From Carcharhinus amblyrhynchos (lineage: Eukaryota), in NCBI GenBank assembly GCA_965287045.1, contig OZ336899.1, positions 12,524,001-12,588,000 on the forward strand: DNA of 64,000 nucleotides. The letters run 5' to 3'. Position numbers and translations under genes: made by a program. Positions 47,481 through 59,571 of this stretch are shown here, one piece after another (position 1 is the stretch's first letter; each line of letters begins with the position of its first letter). The notes beneath the pieces were generated by a model. The model saw only the letters and a list, made by a program, of their open reading frames with translations, had not been told where the DNA came from and did not search any database.

Positions 47481-48452
47481 TTTTTTTTATTCTACCTACT
47501 GCAACAAACCCACCACCCATGCTCCATATCTGGGATCCTCAGGCCAATTGCAACATGTCTTAACACTATTCTGGCATAGATCAGTAAACTAGGGAATGAA
47601 ATCAGGACCTTCCCGATTTGAATGGCAACATTACACCCACGGCAGCATATTTACCAACTAAGATAGTGGGCGGCAGACAGCAATTGCTGTTTGCAGTTAT
47701 AATCAGTTATGATTATTAGAACAGCAGGGGCTGAGTTGGAGAGGAAGCAAAAAATACCTTTTGTAGCCCCAAGGTCTAAGACAGATATGTATTAACTACT
47801 GAATAGAAGGGAATGGGGGAAGTAAATCACATTTCCTTGAAACAAAGAGATTTTAAAAGAAAACAAGCCTTGATAAAAATTACAGTTGCACACCAGGTCA
47901 TTTCACCAGTTTAGCCTGGAGCGACATAAAAATCAGAAGAGGAGATAGGAAAGCACTAGCCTGAAACACAAACACAGCAACCCCTTTACTGAGCCGCACA
48001 TTACCCTAAGGAAGAGCTTTTAATAGTTTTAGATCAGGATGACTAATCAGTAAACTGAAATATAACAATTTGTGACCATGTAAAGTCTTAGCTTGTATTT
48101 CAAGGCACTGGATATGTTTGTACTATACATAAATTTCAAACTGGGATCTGTGAAATGAAAGGGGTCCCTAAGGAAATGACGAGTGATCTTTCAGGCTACA
48201 GTATTGATCATTTTTAGTTAGGCATATGTGAACAGAGACTGTGTCTTGAGAATTTTGTGTTTTGTTCTTCATTTGTTGTCTTATTAGCACATTTATTTCT
48301 CTTGCTGTACACAAAATAAAAATGTTTTCTGCAACCATAGCACCATTCTCGTGGGAGAGTGGTGTTTTAAATGTTCCTAGGAAATAATCAGTGTTAGTAG
48401 GGAGAGATCTCAGGATATTACAGAATGTCTACAGTGGTCTTGAAAGTGTGTT

Positions 48453-49510
48453 GGGACGCAATCCTACCGGCTCAATTGGCACGATGAGCTGATAAGGTTG
48501 AGTGAGAGGCCAAAAATCAACCTGATTTTCACCACACATAATTGTACCAGCTCCATTTTGCCAGCGAGATCAACTTCATACCCAAAAAGCACACAAAGCC
48601 AATTTTAAGTGAGTCCCAAGCAGCATTGTCCGAGCTCACTTGTACTTATGTCCTCACTGGTCCATTCCCTCACCAGTGAGAGATCGGGGTGATGACCTTG
48701 CTGGGAAAATCAGAGGCCATTGAAGCCCCTGAGTGGTCGGAGGCAGGGCTGGGCAGCGCCCATGGGGCAGTGCCAGCCTGACTGTGCCCACCTGCTTCGC
48801 TTGCACTGCCCACCTGGCACCCTGGCACTGCCTGTTGGGTAGGGGCAGTGTCAATGGCGTGGGGCCTGATTGGAGGTGGAACCTGAGTGGAGGTGGGACT
48901 AGAACATGGGGGAGGCCAGGGCTGAGCTCCATGGGGGGGGCAGGGGGAGCTCTGTAAGGGGGTTGGGGACTTCTGCAGTGGGGGACATCTGCAGTGGGGG
49001 AGACAAGGGGGAACTCTGCAGTGGGGGAGCTCTGCTGATGGAGGAGATGAGGGGAACTCTGCAGGGGATTAGCACTGTGGAGGGGAGGGGTGATTGACAG
49101 GGGGAGCTCTCCAAACTGGGACGGGGGGTGATCGGTGGGAGGAGATCTGCGGGTGTGGGAGTGGGAATTCTGTGGGGGTTAATCGGCAAGAGGGAGTGCA
49201 CTGTGGGGAGGTGATCGGCAGGGGGTAGACTGGCAAAGAGGGGAACATACAAGTTGGGCCACTGAGGGGGCTGTGACGGGGGATGCATTGGGGGAGGACC
49301 CCGAGGCCCTGATGCTAGTGACCTGTGTTGGCCAGGGCAGTGTTGACAATATCGCTGATGATGGGAAGGTGTTTGATGTCCTTCGGAGGGTGTGGGAGTT
49401 GATTGGAGGTCCCTCAGTTCAATGGGAGAATGGGGCACCTGAACAAAGGCACCCCGAGCAGTCTGCAGCCTGCTTTACCAATGATCTTAGGCTCTGCACC
49501 CCCTCCCCCC
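48453..49510 (+). mobile_element. GC/G-rich non-autonomous element (putative Harbinger-related family) with an internal minisatellite
   Basis: Start shared with 25826 and body shared with 34156-34725. Repeated GGGGAACTCTGCAGTGGGGG units at ~48940-49070. Confidence 0.55.
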
Positions 49511-49919
49511 ACCATCTGTTTTGCTACTGTTTTGACTATGGATCATGATTCTAGAGGCAGGGCATGTTGTAAGGTGGGAACTGAATGAATTTGGAATAAA
49601 TTGTACCCCAGAATGGAACAAAGTTCACGAGGATCCATTGCTGTGAGAGGCCCTAAATTTAACTGTGAGATCAATTGTATTATGGTGTACAAGGCACGGG
49701 AATGTTTTGCACTTCTTAACATCAACAGCAATATAAATCACAGAAGGAGAAAAGGCCATAAGCACATTCCTTTTCAGACTATAAGTTATAAACTTAATAT
49801 ACCCACAGAACATTCTAGGAAAATTTTCCATTCATCCACAACTGTTATCAAAACATCTGCTTCATGATATAAGAGCAGAAAATCTCAATTTTTAAAAATT
49901 GGAACTAACAACAGGAAGT

Positions 49920-50850
49920 TTTTTCTTCATTCAAGGAATGCTGGACCTGCATTTATTGCCCATCGCCAATTGTCCTTGACAAGACAGTGATGAGCTGCCT
50001 TCTTAAGCTGCTACAATCCATGTGGTGCAGGTACACCCACAGTGCTGTTAGGGAGGGAGTTCCAGGATTTTGGCCCAAGGACAGTGAAGGAACAGATATA
50101 TATTTCCAAGTCAGGATGGTGAGGCTCGGAGGGGAACGCCCAGGTGCTGCTTTACCCATGTTTTTGCTGCCCTTGTCCTTCCAGACGTAGTGGTCATAAG
50201 TTTGGAGGGTGCTGTCTAAGAAGCCTGAGTGAATTCCTGCAATGCTTCTTGTAGATGGTACATATTGCTGCCACTGTTGATGGAGGAGTGAGTAAATGTT
50301 TATGAATGGGGTGCCAATGAAGCAGGCAGTTCTGTCTTGGATGGTGTCAAGTTTCTTGAGTGTTGTTGGAGCTGCACCCATCCAGGCACTTGGAGAACAT
50401 TCCATCACACTTCTGTCTCAAGCCTTGTAGATGGTAGACAGGCTTTGGAGAATAAGGAGGTGAGCTACTCGCCTCAGGATTCTGAGCGTCTGATCTGCTC
50501 TTGTAGCCACAGTATTTGTATGGTGAGTCCTGTTCAGCTTCTGGTCAATGGTAACCCCCCCCCCCCCCCCCCAGGGTGTTGATGGTGGGGGATTCAGTGG
50601 TAGTAATGCCATTGAATTGAAAGGGGCAATGGTTATAGTCTCTCTTGTTGGAGATGGTCATTGCCTGGGCAATTCTATTGCATGAATGTTACTTGTGACT
50701 TGTCAGGCTAAGCCCAGATACTGTGCAGGTATCACTGCATTTGGAAATGGACTGCTTCAGTATTTGAGGAGTCACAAATGGTGCTAACATCAGCAAGCAT
50801 CTCCACTTCTGACCCTATGATGGTCATTGATGAAGCAGCTGAAGATGAAA
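49920..50850 (-). mobile_element. CR1/L2-group LINE 3' fragment (same family as 130-660)
   Basis: ORF 49953-50408 MECSPSAWMGAAPTTLKKLDTIQDRTACFIG, plus GVTIDQKLNRTHHTNTVATRADQTLRILRR and the family 3' tail. Confidence 0.87.
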
Positions 50851-52406
50851 ATGAAAGCAGAAAACACTGAAAGTAATTTCAGGAAAGCATGAGGGACTTA
50901 GAATGGAATGTTTTTTGTTAAAAAAAGGGGACATATGCAGGTTTTTACTCAAGTGAAACATATCATGCAAGTCCGGAATTATGTCTTGCCAGTTCTGGCC
51001 AGCTGGGTTACCCTTTACATTTGTGCAGCAAAATTGAAGCAGAATTATCTTCTCTGACCATCCAATGCCTTTCATATTTCATCAAAATTATTGTGGAAAA
51101 ACACACAGCCATAATTAATCATAACTGGAGCTAATGCTTTTTCACAATAACCATGCAACATTGCTGCTCAATATCTGGTGATTCAACCCCATTTTCACAC
51201 CTATTTGTGTCTAATTGCTACCTTGATGGCTCAGTAACTAATTGTGATGTCAGGTATTATACTGAGCCATTGTGAGACAAGGTCAATCTCAAGTTTATGC
51301 TGAGTTAGCTGGTTTACATCATGGCAGCACCAGTGGCCCAAAGATCTTTATTTCTGCTCACTATCTAGTGATTCCTAGAAGGAAGTTTGGGTTTTTGGAT
51401 GTCCAAAAAGGGAGGGGCTAGGATTGGCTAGTTTTGTGCCTGAACCTAATAAAATACCCTGTGATGAGTGAGTGGTATTGGAGCGTATGAGGCACCAATG
51501 AGAACCATATGCAAGCATAGGGCAATGCTTTAAGGAGTAGAATCCATCGGGAGAAAATAAACAGCAATTTTATCTTTTCAACAAATCCTTGCTCTTAGTC
51601 CAGCAAGAAATACTTTATTTTGTAAAAAGAACTAAAAATAAATCTAGGAAATTACAACAGTGCAAAAATTCAAATATAAACCTTTATGTTTTCTCCTCAC
51701 TCTCCCTGTTGTGATTGCACTCCACATATCAGAATAACCAAGAATTCTCCTATTGTTCTTTATATGAAAAATATGGCTGACATTTTCTTTCGTAATGTTT
51801 TAACACCCTATCCTCTCCACCCCCCCCACCCCTCCTCCTCCTCGCTGTGAACTCTAGAAAAAATTCACCCTTGGGTATTGTTTGTAGCTCAATTTAGCAA
51901 ATGTAAGTTAATATTGATTATTATTAATATTTATCATGTTTGTGAAAATGTCTTTTCCCATAGCTATTAATCTGAGGTTTTAATAAACGTCAGTGGCCTC
52001 TATGGGTCCAGAGGGAGTTGCCCTGAGTAGAATGACAATGAGCAGCAATAACAACTACAATTGAACATTACAGCCTGGATTTACACTGTATATTACAGTT
52101 TATATTAATGTATATGTTAACTATACTACAATTCCCATTAAAACAATAACCTGCATTTATACGCTGCACTTAATGTAGAAGAATCTAAGGCGCTTTCCAC
52201 AATTATATTCAGAAAAGCATAAATACCAAGTTAAGGAAGAAACTTTTAAGAGGGAAGCTTTTAAAGGACAGTGACGTGAAGAGGCATAGGGAGTGAATTC
52301 TGTATCATGTGACTGAGGTGGCTGAAGCTATGGCTGCCAGCGATGAGGTCAAACACACAATAGGCCAGAGTCAGAAGAATGGACAATTTATGATGATGAC
52401 ATTGTA

Positions 52407-52917
52407 GGGAGTGCAGAGGAGGTTTACTAGGCTGATACCGGAGTTGAGGGGGTTGAGCTATGAGGAGAGGCTGAATAAACTGGGCTTGTACTCGTTAGAG
52501 TTTAGAAGAATGAGGGGAGATCTCATTGAGACGTATAAGATGATGAATGGGATGGATAGGATAGAGGTGGAAAGACTCTTCCCGCTCAAAAAAGACAGTA
52601 GGACTAGGGGGCACAGCCTCAAGATAAAAGGGGGGCGGTTTAGAACGGAGTTGAGGAGGAACTTCTTCACTCAAAGGGTGGTGAATCTCTGGAATTCTCT
52701 ACCTGTTGAAGTGGTGGAGGCTGCCTCGCTAAATATTTTTAAGACGCAGGTTGATGGGTTTTTGATAGGAGAGGGGATTAAGGGTTATGGGGAGAGGGCG
52801 GGAAAGTGGAACTGAGCAGCGACAGATCAGCCATGATCTTATTGAATGGCGGGGCAGGCTCGAAGGGCTGGATGGCCTACTCCTGCTCCTATTTCTTATG
52901 TTCTTATGTTTCTTATG
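52407..52917 (+). mobile_element. CR1 family A 3' fragment
   Basis: ORF 52411-52815 [20 protein letters not shown]...GKWN. Near-identical to 11217-11723. (TTCTTATG)n tail. Confidence 0.97.
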
Positions 52918-53184
52918 AAAAGGAGAGCTGGAGCCATGAAGGGAATTGAATATGGGAATTAAATTTTTGCTTTGGCTTCCAGTTTCTCAACGCTTCCCAT
53001 GTAGATCAGCAAGGACAGGAGTAATAGGTGAGCTGGGGTTAGTGTATGATAAGATACAGGCAGCTTAAATTCATGCAGGGTAGAAGATTGGAGACTTGCC
53101 AAGTAACTACTGGAATGGATGAGTCTGGAGTAGATAAAGGCAAAGGTAAGGATTTCTGCAGCAATTGGGTTGAAGCAAATAAGG

Positions 53185-53690
53185 GGGTGGAGGTGGAGAG
53201 GATCCAGAGAAAGTTCACAAGAATAATCCAGGGAATGAAAAGTTTGATGTATGAGGAGAATTTGAGGACTCTGGCTCTGTACTCAGTGAAGTTTAGAAGG
53301 ATGAGGGGAGATCGCACTGAAACTTACAAAATACTGAAAGTCCTGGATAGAGTGGATGTGGAGGTGATGTTTCCATTAGTAGAAGAGACTGGGATCCAAG
53401 GGGCCAGCCTCAGGGTAAAGGTATGATCCTTTAAACCGAGATGAGGAGCAATTTCTTCAGCCAGAGGATGGTGCTTCTGTGGAATTCATTGCCACAGAAG
53501 GCTGTGGAGAACAGTGCATTGAGTGTATTTAAGACCAAGATACATAGGTTTTTGATTGGTAAGCGGATGAAAGATTATGGAGAAAAGACAAGAGATTGGA
53601 GTTGAGAAATATTTCAGCCATGATCGAATGACGGAGCAGACTCGATGGGCCGAATGACCTAATTCTGCTCCTATATCTTATGGTATTATG
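53185..53690 (+). mobile_element. CR1 3' fragment (older family)
   Basis: ERIQRKFTRIIQGMKSLMYEENLRTLALYSVKFRRMRGD. Tail gggccgaatgacctaattctgctcctatatcttatgg. Confidence 0.9.
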
Positions 53691-54364
53691 GACAATGATA
53701 CAGAAGTTGAAATAGGCAGTCTTGTGGTGGAGAGGAAATGGAAACAGAGATTTAGTTCAAAAAAGAATAGGTCATTGAAGTAGCAAATAATGTGATTCAG
53801 TCTGAGGCTGTAGCCACAAAGGGTTGCAATTAGTGCCTAGGGTACACAGTTTGTACAAGGAGTTAACAAAAAACGTTTCAACCTCATCACTATTTATCCA
53901 GTGAAATTGTAACTCATTCACAATTGAAAACCAGACAAACAGTCTGACAATGCAAAGACCCTGGAGAGGTCCAGAGAGGTGGTGAAGCAATAGAGCAGGG
54001 TGTCAATAGGATACATGTGCAACCTTGGATCTTTGAATGATGTCACCAAAGAGCAACTTATGAATGAGAAGGAAGAGGGTAAGACATGGGCGATTCGGGT
54101 GATAATAGTACCCAGGGCTGCAAAAGAAACCATTACTGGAAATGCCATGATTATGATCATTTGTGCAAGAGTGAATCCAAATAGGGAAAATCCATCTGAA
54201 CTGGAGAATGGAGGAAAGGATTTGAAGAAAAACTGTGTGGTCAACCATGTCAAAGGCTGCAGGGAAGTTGAAGAAATGGAAAAAGAATGTTTTATGTGCA
54301 ATCCTCGTTACAGAGTATGTATTTTGTGACTTTGATTAGGGCCACATTCAGTGCTGTGACAGGA

Positions 54365-54770
54365 CTGGTGTCAGCTGTGGCTCAGTTAGTAGCACATTCA
54401 CCTCTGAATCACAAGTTTCCAGCTTTAAATTCCCCTCCAGAGTTTGAGCACAAAATTTAAGGCAGACACTCTGTGCAGTACCGAGGAAACGCTCCACTAT
54501 TAGAGATGCCGTTTTTCAGATGAAATGTTAAACTAAAGCACTGTAAAAAAATCCTATAACATTATTTTGAAGAAAAGCAGGAAAATTAGTATTTATCCCT
54601 CAATCATTATCACAAAAAAGTTTATCTTGCTGTTTGTGAGAGTTTGCTGTGCATAAATTAGTTACTGCACTTCGGTTATTAACCATGACTACACTTCAAA
54701 AAAATTATTTAATTTATTGTAAAGTGCTTTAAGATGTCTGGTGGTTGTGAAGAGAGCTAAATAAAGTCTT
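54365..54770 (+). mobile_element. Near-full-length DeuSINE (SacSINE1-like)
   Basis: tRNA-like head gtcagctgtggctcagttagtagcac...cctctgaatcacaag, Deu-like body gtttgtgagagtttgctgtgcataaatt, and tail gtaaagtgctttaagatgtc. Confidence 0.75.
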
Positions 54771-55179
54771 TCCTTTGCTCGGAGAAGTTTAAAAGGAGTT
54801 GTGAGAATGATGGGCATAGATTTGGATTGTTCAAAAGCTTTGGAGGAGATAGGCAGATTGCAGAGATTTATATTTTAAATTACACAAAATTAAATTGTAG
54901 TCTGAATTTATGCACTTTATATTACAATGTCTATTTCTCTTCAGTTTGAATTCCACTCTATTTACACTGAAGTCTGAATTTCTAGTGCGTATTAAATTGT
55001 ATCCTGTAATCTGTTATACAGTGAATAATATACTGCAGTTTGGCTATCCGCAGTACATGTAACATCATTTTATTTAAACACTTCAGTTACTATCCCTGTA
55101 ACATTTACAAGAGCAGAACATCTGATATTAAATGATTGAAAATAAATTGTTTTATTATTTTGTGTTTGATAGATACTGC

Positions 55180-56500
55180 GGGAGATTTTCTGACCATGTT
55201 GCGCCTGTCACAGATTGCACTGGGGCTGCGGAAGATCAGATAAACACAGGGGAAGGGCACTAGAACATTTAGCATTGGCGAGAACCTACTTTGGGATTCT
55301 CCAAGGCCCCTTATTCATTTAACTATGTTTAGTCGATTTCAAGCCAAATTCTCCCTTCTCCCAGGATTCTCCAACCCTCAGGCACAGTGGGAACCCAGCT
55401 GAATCATTACTGGTCTCCAGAAAGGAGGACCAGGTCTGATGGCCATGCTGGGGGTTTGGAAACCATTGAAACCATTGGGTGACCAACGTTGTCTACCTGA
55501 TACGCTGCAGGAAAGGATGTCCCGAGGCATGGTACATTGGGAAGACCATGCAGATGTTATGACAACGGATGAATGAACACCCCTCAACAATCACCAGGCA
55601 AAACTGTTCCCTTCCTGTTGGTGAACACTTCAGTGGTCATGGGTATTCGGCCTCTGATCTTTGGGTAAATGTTCTTCAAGGCGGCATTCACGACATACAA
55701 CAATGCAGAGTCGTTGAGCAGAAACTGAAAACCAAGTTCCACACACATGAGGACGGCCTCAACCGGGATCTTGGGTTCATGTCACATTATCTATAACCCC
55801 CATGACTTGCCTGAACTTGCAACATCTTACTTACTGTCCTGCCTGGAGACAATACACATCTCTTTAACCTATGCTTAATGCTATCTCCACTCACATTGTC
55901 TTCACCTTTAAGACTTGAATAGCAGATTAGTTGTAAAGACTCGCATTCTAATCAGTATTCTGTAAACTGTGTGCGCCTTTATATGCTCTGTTTGGGATCA
56001 GAACTCTCCACTCACATGATGAAGGAACAGCATTTCAAAAGCTAGTGGCATTTACTAGCAAACAAACCTGTTGGACTTTAACCTGGTGTTGTGAGATTTC
56101 TTACTGGGTCAAGGAGATAGCAGGGCATTGTTCACCTGGCTATACCAGTCTGCTAGTGCCAGGTTAGCTGGGGACAATGCCAAGGGGTTGGGACCCGAGG
56201 GTGGCATGAAGGGGGCGGGGCATGAAGTGGGGGCAAGAAGGGAGGTGCATGCAGGACTCCAATGCCAGCAACCTATGTTCAGGGCAGGGGAAAGATCAGG
56301 CCAGCAATCTATGTTAGGGAGGGATAGGACACACATGGGGAGGGGGGGTCCCAATATCCATGGGAGGAGGGAGAGGACCCTCAATTTCACTTTGAGAACT
56401 GGGCACTCTTTTAAAACAATGCCCAATCTCTGCGAAGCTGGGTTTGCTGGCATGTTTAGGCCTCACCCATCTCAATCAGTGCAAAACTCACCCTCTCTCA
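55180..56500 (+). mobile_element. Putative Harbinger-related non-autonomous element split by a PLE
   Basis: ...ccattgaaaccattgggtga | PLE | ggtcaaggagatagcagggc...cacctggc rejoins into the motif seen at ~34480 and ~48720. Confidence 0.5.
55483..56106 (+). mobile_element. Penelope-like element 3' fragment (GIY-YIG and terminal repeat, decayed HHR)
   Basis: NVVYLIRCRKGCPEAWYIGKTMQML*QRMNEH...PVGEHFS...EQKLKTKFHTHEDGLNRD. The HHR relic cacATGATGAaggaacagcatttcAAAAgctagtgg lies at ~56013-56048. Confidence 0.92.
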
Positions 56501-56799
56501 AATAATGACTAACTGAAAGAACATCATGATCCAATTCCTTGTTTATCTTGCCTGAAATGACATTGAGGCCGAAATTTTCTAGCTATTCACACCAATGTGA
56601 TTCTCTGGTCCTGTTGCAGTGAACAAACATTTGGCTGAGCACCAAATTCTCCATCCTCGCTTACCAGGGCCAAAAAATCCCCCCCAAGTTATTTTTGATG
56701 AAAATTTTGTCCTTTATGTATGGGGGAGTGATAGTTATAATAGGGCCCTGGTTACACTTGGGGCTCATCTCATCTTCAACTTTGACACTTGACTCATGC

Positions 56800-57098
56800 A
56801 ATCATGGAATCCCTACAGTGCAGAAGAGGGCTATTTGGCCCATCAAGCCTGCACAGACAACTATCCCACCCAGGGCCCTATCTCCATAACCCCATGCACT
56901 TACCTGACTAATCCCCCCCTCTAAAATGAAATTTAGTATGGTCAATCCACCTAATCCACATGTTTTGGACTGTGGGAGGAAACCAGGACACCTGGAGGAA
57001 ACCCATGCAGACATGGGGAGAATGTGCAAACTCCACATAAGCCAAATTGAACCTGGGTGCCTGGAGGCAGCAGTGCTTACCACTGTGCTGCCTCGTTC
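56800..57098 (-). mobile_element. HE1-type V-SINE
   Basis: atcatggaatccctacagtgcagaag...ggactgtgggaggaaacc...gaatgtgcaaactccacat...gcagcagtgcttaccactgtgc. Confidence 0.88.
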
Positions 57099-58009
57099 CA
57101 TGGGTCTGGTCTAGGTTTTCTGTGCCAAATTTCATGATTTCCACACTGGGGCTTCAAAGTTGTTCTATCTTCTGCCATCAGTATAATGGTACTATGAACT
57201 AGGTTTCTAACAGCAACTTTCACATAGGTTAAAGGAGCTTGTAAGTGCCTAGCCCATCCATGAAGGCCTGAAAAGTTGTTTATTGGCCCAGGAAGGAGCT
57301 GCCCCAAGCATTGGCATCAAAAGCAGTTTTCAATGTGATGACTGATATTTTATCCGCAGACTTGAACATACACTGTATTATAGCCCTGCTACTCAAAACG
57401 CCTGTGCAGGGTAAAACTGCATCCTGTATAGCAGTTCTTATAGGATCCGTTTTCTCTCAGACTAATCCCACCACTTTCTTCCCAATACAGTTTTAAGTGT
57501 TTACTTTAGTCTTTGGAATGTGCTTACTGCTGATCTTAAACCGCAAATGAGTTCCAATCAATGCTCCCCCAGGCCCGATTCCGATTTCAAACAGGTTTCT
57601 TATCCAATTCAGACCCTGGAAGCATGTGCTGCAAAATAAAACTGTTTGGTCATTCCCACAAGTAATATCAGTTTCACAGCTGTCATACTTAAAAACTTCC
57701 CTAATTTTTTAATTCCTGAATGATTAAAAATACAACAAAAACCTCGCCAAAGCCATCTTGTTTCACCTATGATTGGTAGTTGTATTTAGCTGTGTTTTAA
57801 AATATAATCTGTTATAATGGGGTTTTTCTTTAAGGATAATGATGTCTAATCAAAATATTATTTTGTTGAATCCATCCTGTATATAATTTTTAAAAAAAAT
57901 ACAGATTCCTATTTCCTAAGGTCCTGTTATCCTCTGTTAATACCTTGCCTCTTGATGCATTTATTATCTGAGTTATCGCTGTCTATCTTGAATTTGCACC
58001 TTTTAATCA

Positions 58010-58410
58010 CATGATTTTGGAACCTCACTGCAGAGATTTAAGCATAAAATCTAGACTGACAATCCAGTGCAATGAGAGAGTATCACACTGTTGGATGTTT
58101 CACCCTTCAGATGAGATCTTAAACCAAGCTCCATCTGCCCTCTCAGGCAGATGTAGAACATTACACGGCACCATTCAAAGGAGAAATACAGAGGAGTTCT
58201 CCACTGTATTCGGGCCAACATTTATCCCTCACAAACTAAAACAGATAATCTAGTCATTTAATTCATTACTTTGTTTGTGGGAGCTTGCAGCTTGCAAATT
58301 GGCTGCTGTATTTCCTCATTGCAACAATGGCTACTTAATTGGCTGTTAAGTTTTAGAATGTGCTAACTTCTTGAAAAATGGCACATAAATGCGCATCTTT
58401 TTCTTTCTAT
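58010..58410 (+). mobile_element. DeuSINE (SacSINE1-like)
   Basis: ccttcagatgagatcttaaaccaag...tgccctctcaggcagatgtag...gtttgtgggagcttgcagcttgcaaattggctgc. Confidence 0.72.
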
Positions 58411-58873
58411 TTCAATTCTTAAGATGTCAAGTAAGTTCAGAAATGCCTCACTGGTAAACAATAGCTAAAAATAATTCTGCGACATGACAGCTTTTGCCTG
58501 CCAACCCAATTACATTGGATTTGGGGTATGTATTGGAGTGTCTTGAGAAGCAACCCACAGTTAAAGCATCTTTCTACACTGATAAATTAAATCTAAATAT
58601 TAGTAAATTGATTCACTCATTCACCACACACTAACACAGTTAAATCCCATACAGCAATATGTTGACCTCAGTAATTTTCTTTTCCTGAGAACTATACGAA
58701 GGTTCATTTCCTACAATAGAGTTTACTACCAAAGTGCAGAAAGGATAAATCAGGCAGTGGTTATGAGATGACAATGAATCTTGCAAATTGTAGGAGACCT
58801 GTAAGTGAGAGACAAGTTTCACAATTTTTAGGTTCTGGGAAAAATCCATTCTTTCCGGCCACACATGTCCCAA

Positions 58874-58980
58874 GACTGGAAATTCCCACCTGAGGTCAAT
58901 GGACCTTTAAATCATCCCCCAAATTTTCTGTCCCGCCGGCTGCAATTCCTGCGACGGCTGGGTTGGGAAAATTCCATCCG
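58874..58980. mobile_element. Short MITE-like element
   Basis: Imperfect terminal inverted repeats (ggaaattccca ... tgggaaaattcc). Similar short elements at ~56566-56685 and ~59095-59168. Confidence 0.4.
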
Positions 58981-59571
58981 AGACTAGGATGTATTCTGAT
59001 TTTAATATAAAGGAGCAGGGAGAAGGAAGAGTGTGAATGATCTGATGAAAGATGATAAATTACAGCATATAGCACACTACTGCAATCTTGTGCATGCCCA
59101 GCTGTGAGACTCTCCCACCCCACTGTGCTAGAAAATTAGCACAGCGAGGTAGGAGAATTCCACCCCCCCCAACTTCATCCAGATTAACTCCTCTTCGGTA
59201 GAACCTGTTATTAAAATGTCATCCAAATAAATGAAAACTCTGGGAAAGCCTTGTAGCTAACTCTCAATAGTTTACTGGAAGATGGCGCAAGTCAATGAAA
59301 CCCCAAATAGTGGTCATGTTTCCTGATATGACTCTTACAAGTGTTTATGGTGACATATTCTCCAGTTCTAACTATTGATAAGTGTGGATCAAAATGTTCT
59401 GTTGATTTAGTGGGCAAACCTTCTTACTATGAACTGGGTCTGAGTTATTTACTCTGCTGGCACTGGGCAGGCTCAGCTTATTTTTATACCTGTGTCTCTA
59501 ATGGCCTTTTCTTCCACATGTGAAACACTCTGCTTCTGTAAATCTATGCATTTCTGGAGAGTGACTTCCCC

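Larger units (their letters stand above)
52140..54860 (-). mobile_element. Old L2 LINE relic hosting three nested insertions
   Basis: L2-type segments at 52140-52405, 52918-53180, 53690-54360 and 54770-54860, including the RT motif (F)DMVDHTVFLQ. Confidence 0.7.

Noticed and set aside
48654-49548. Pro- or Gly-rich ORFs up to 179 aa
   Set aside because: They arise from low-complexity G/C-skewed repeat sequence with few stops and show no recognisable domain.
50555-50572. C18 homopolymer inside a LINE relic
   Set aside because: It is a simple slippage expansion of a short C run (compare ~40694) or a sequencing artefact.
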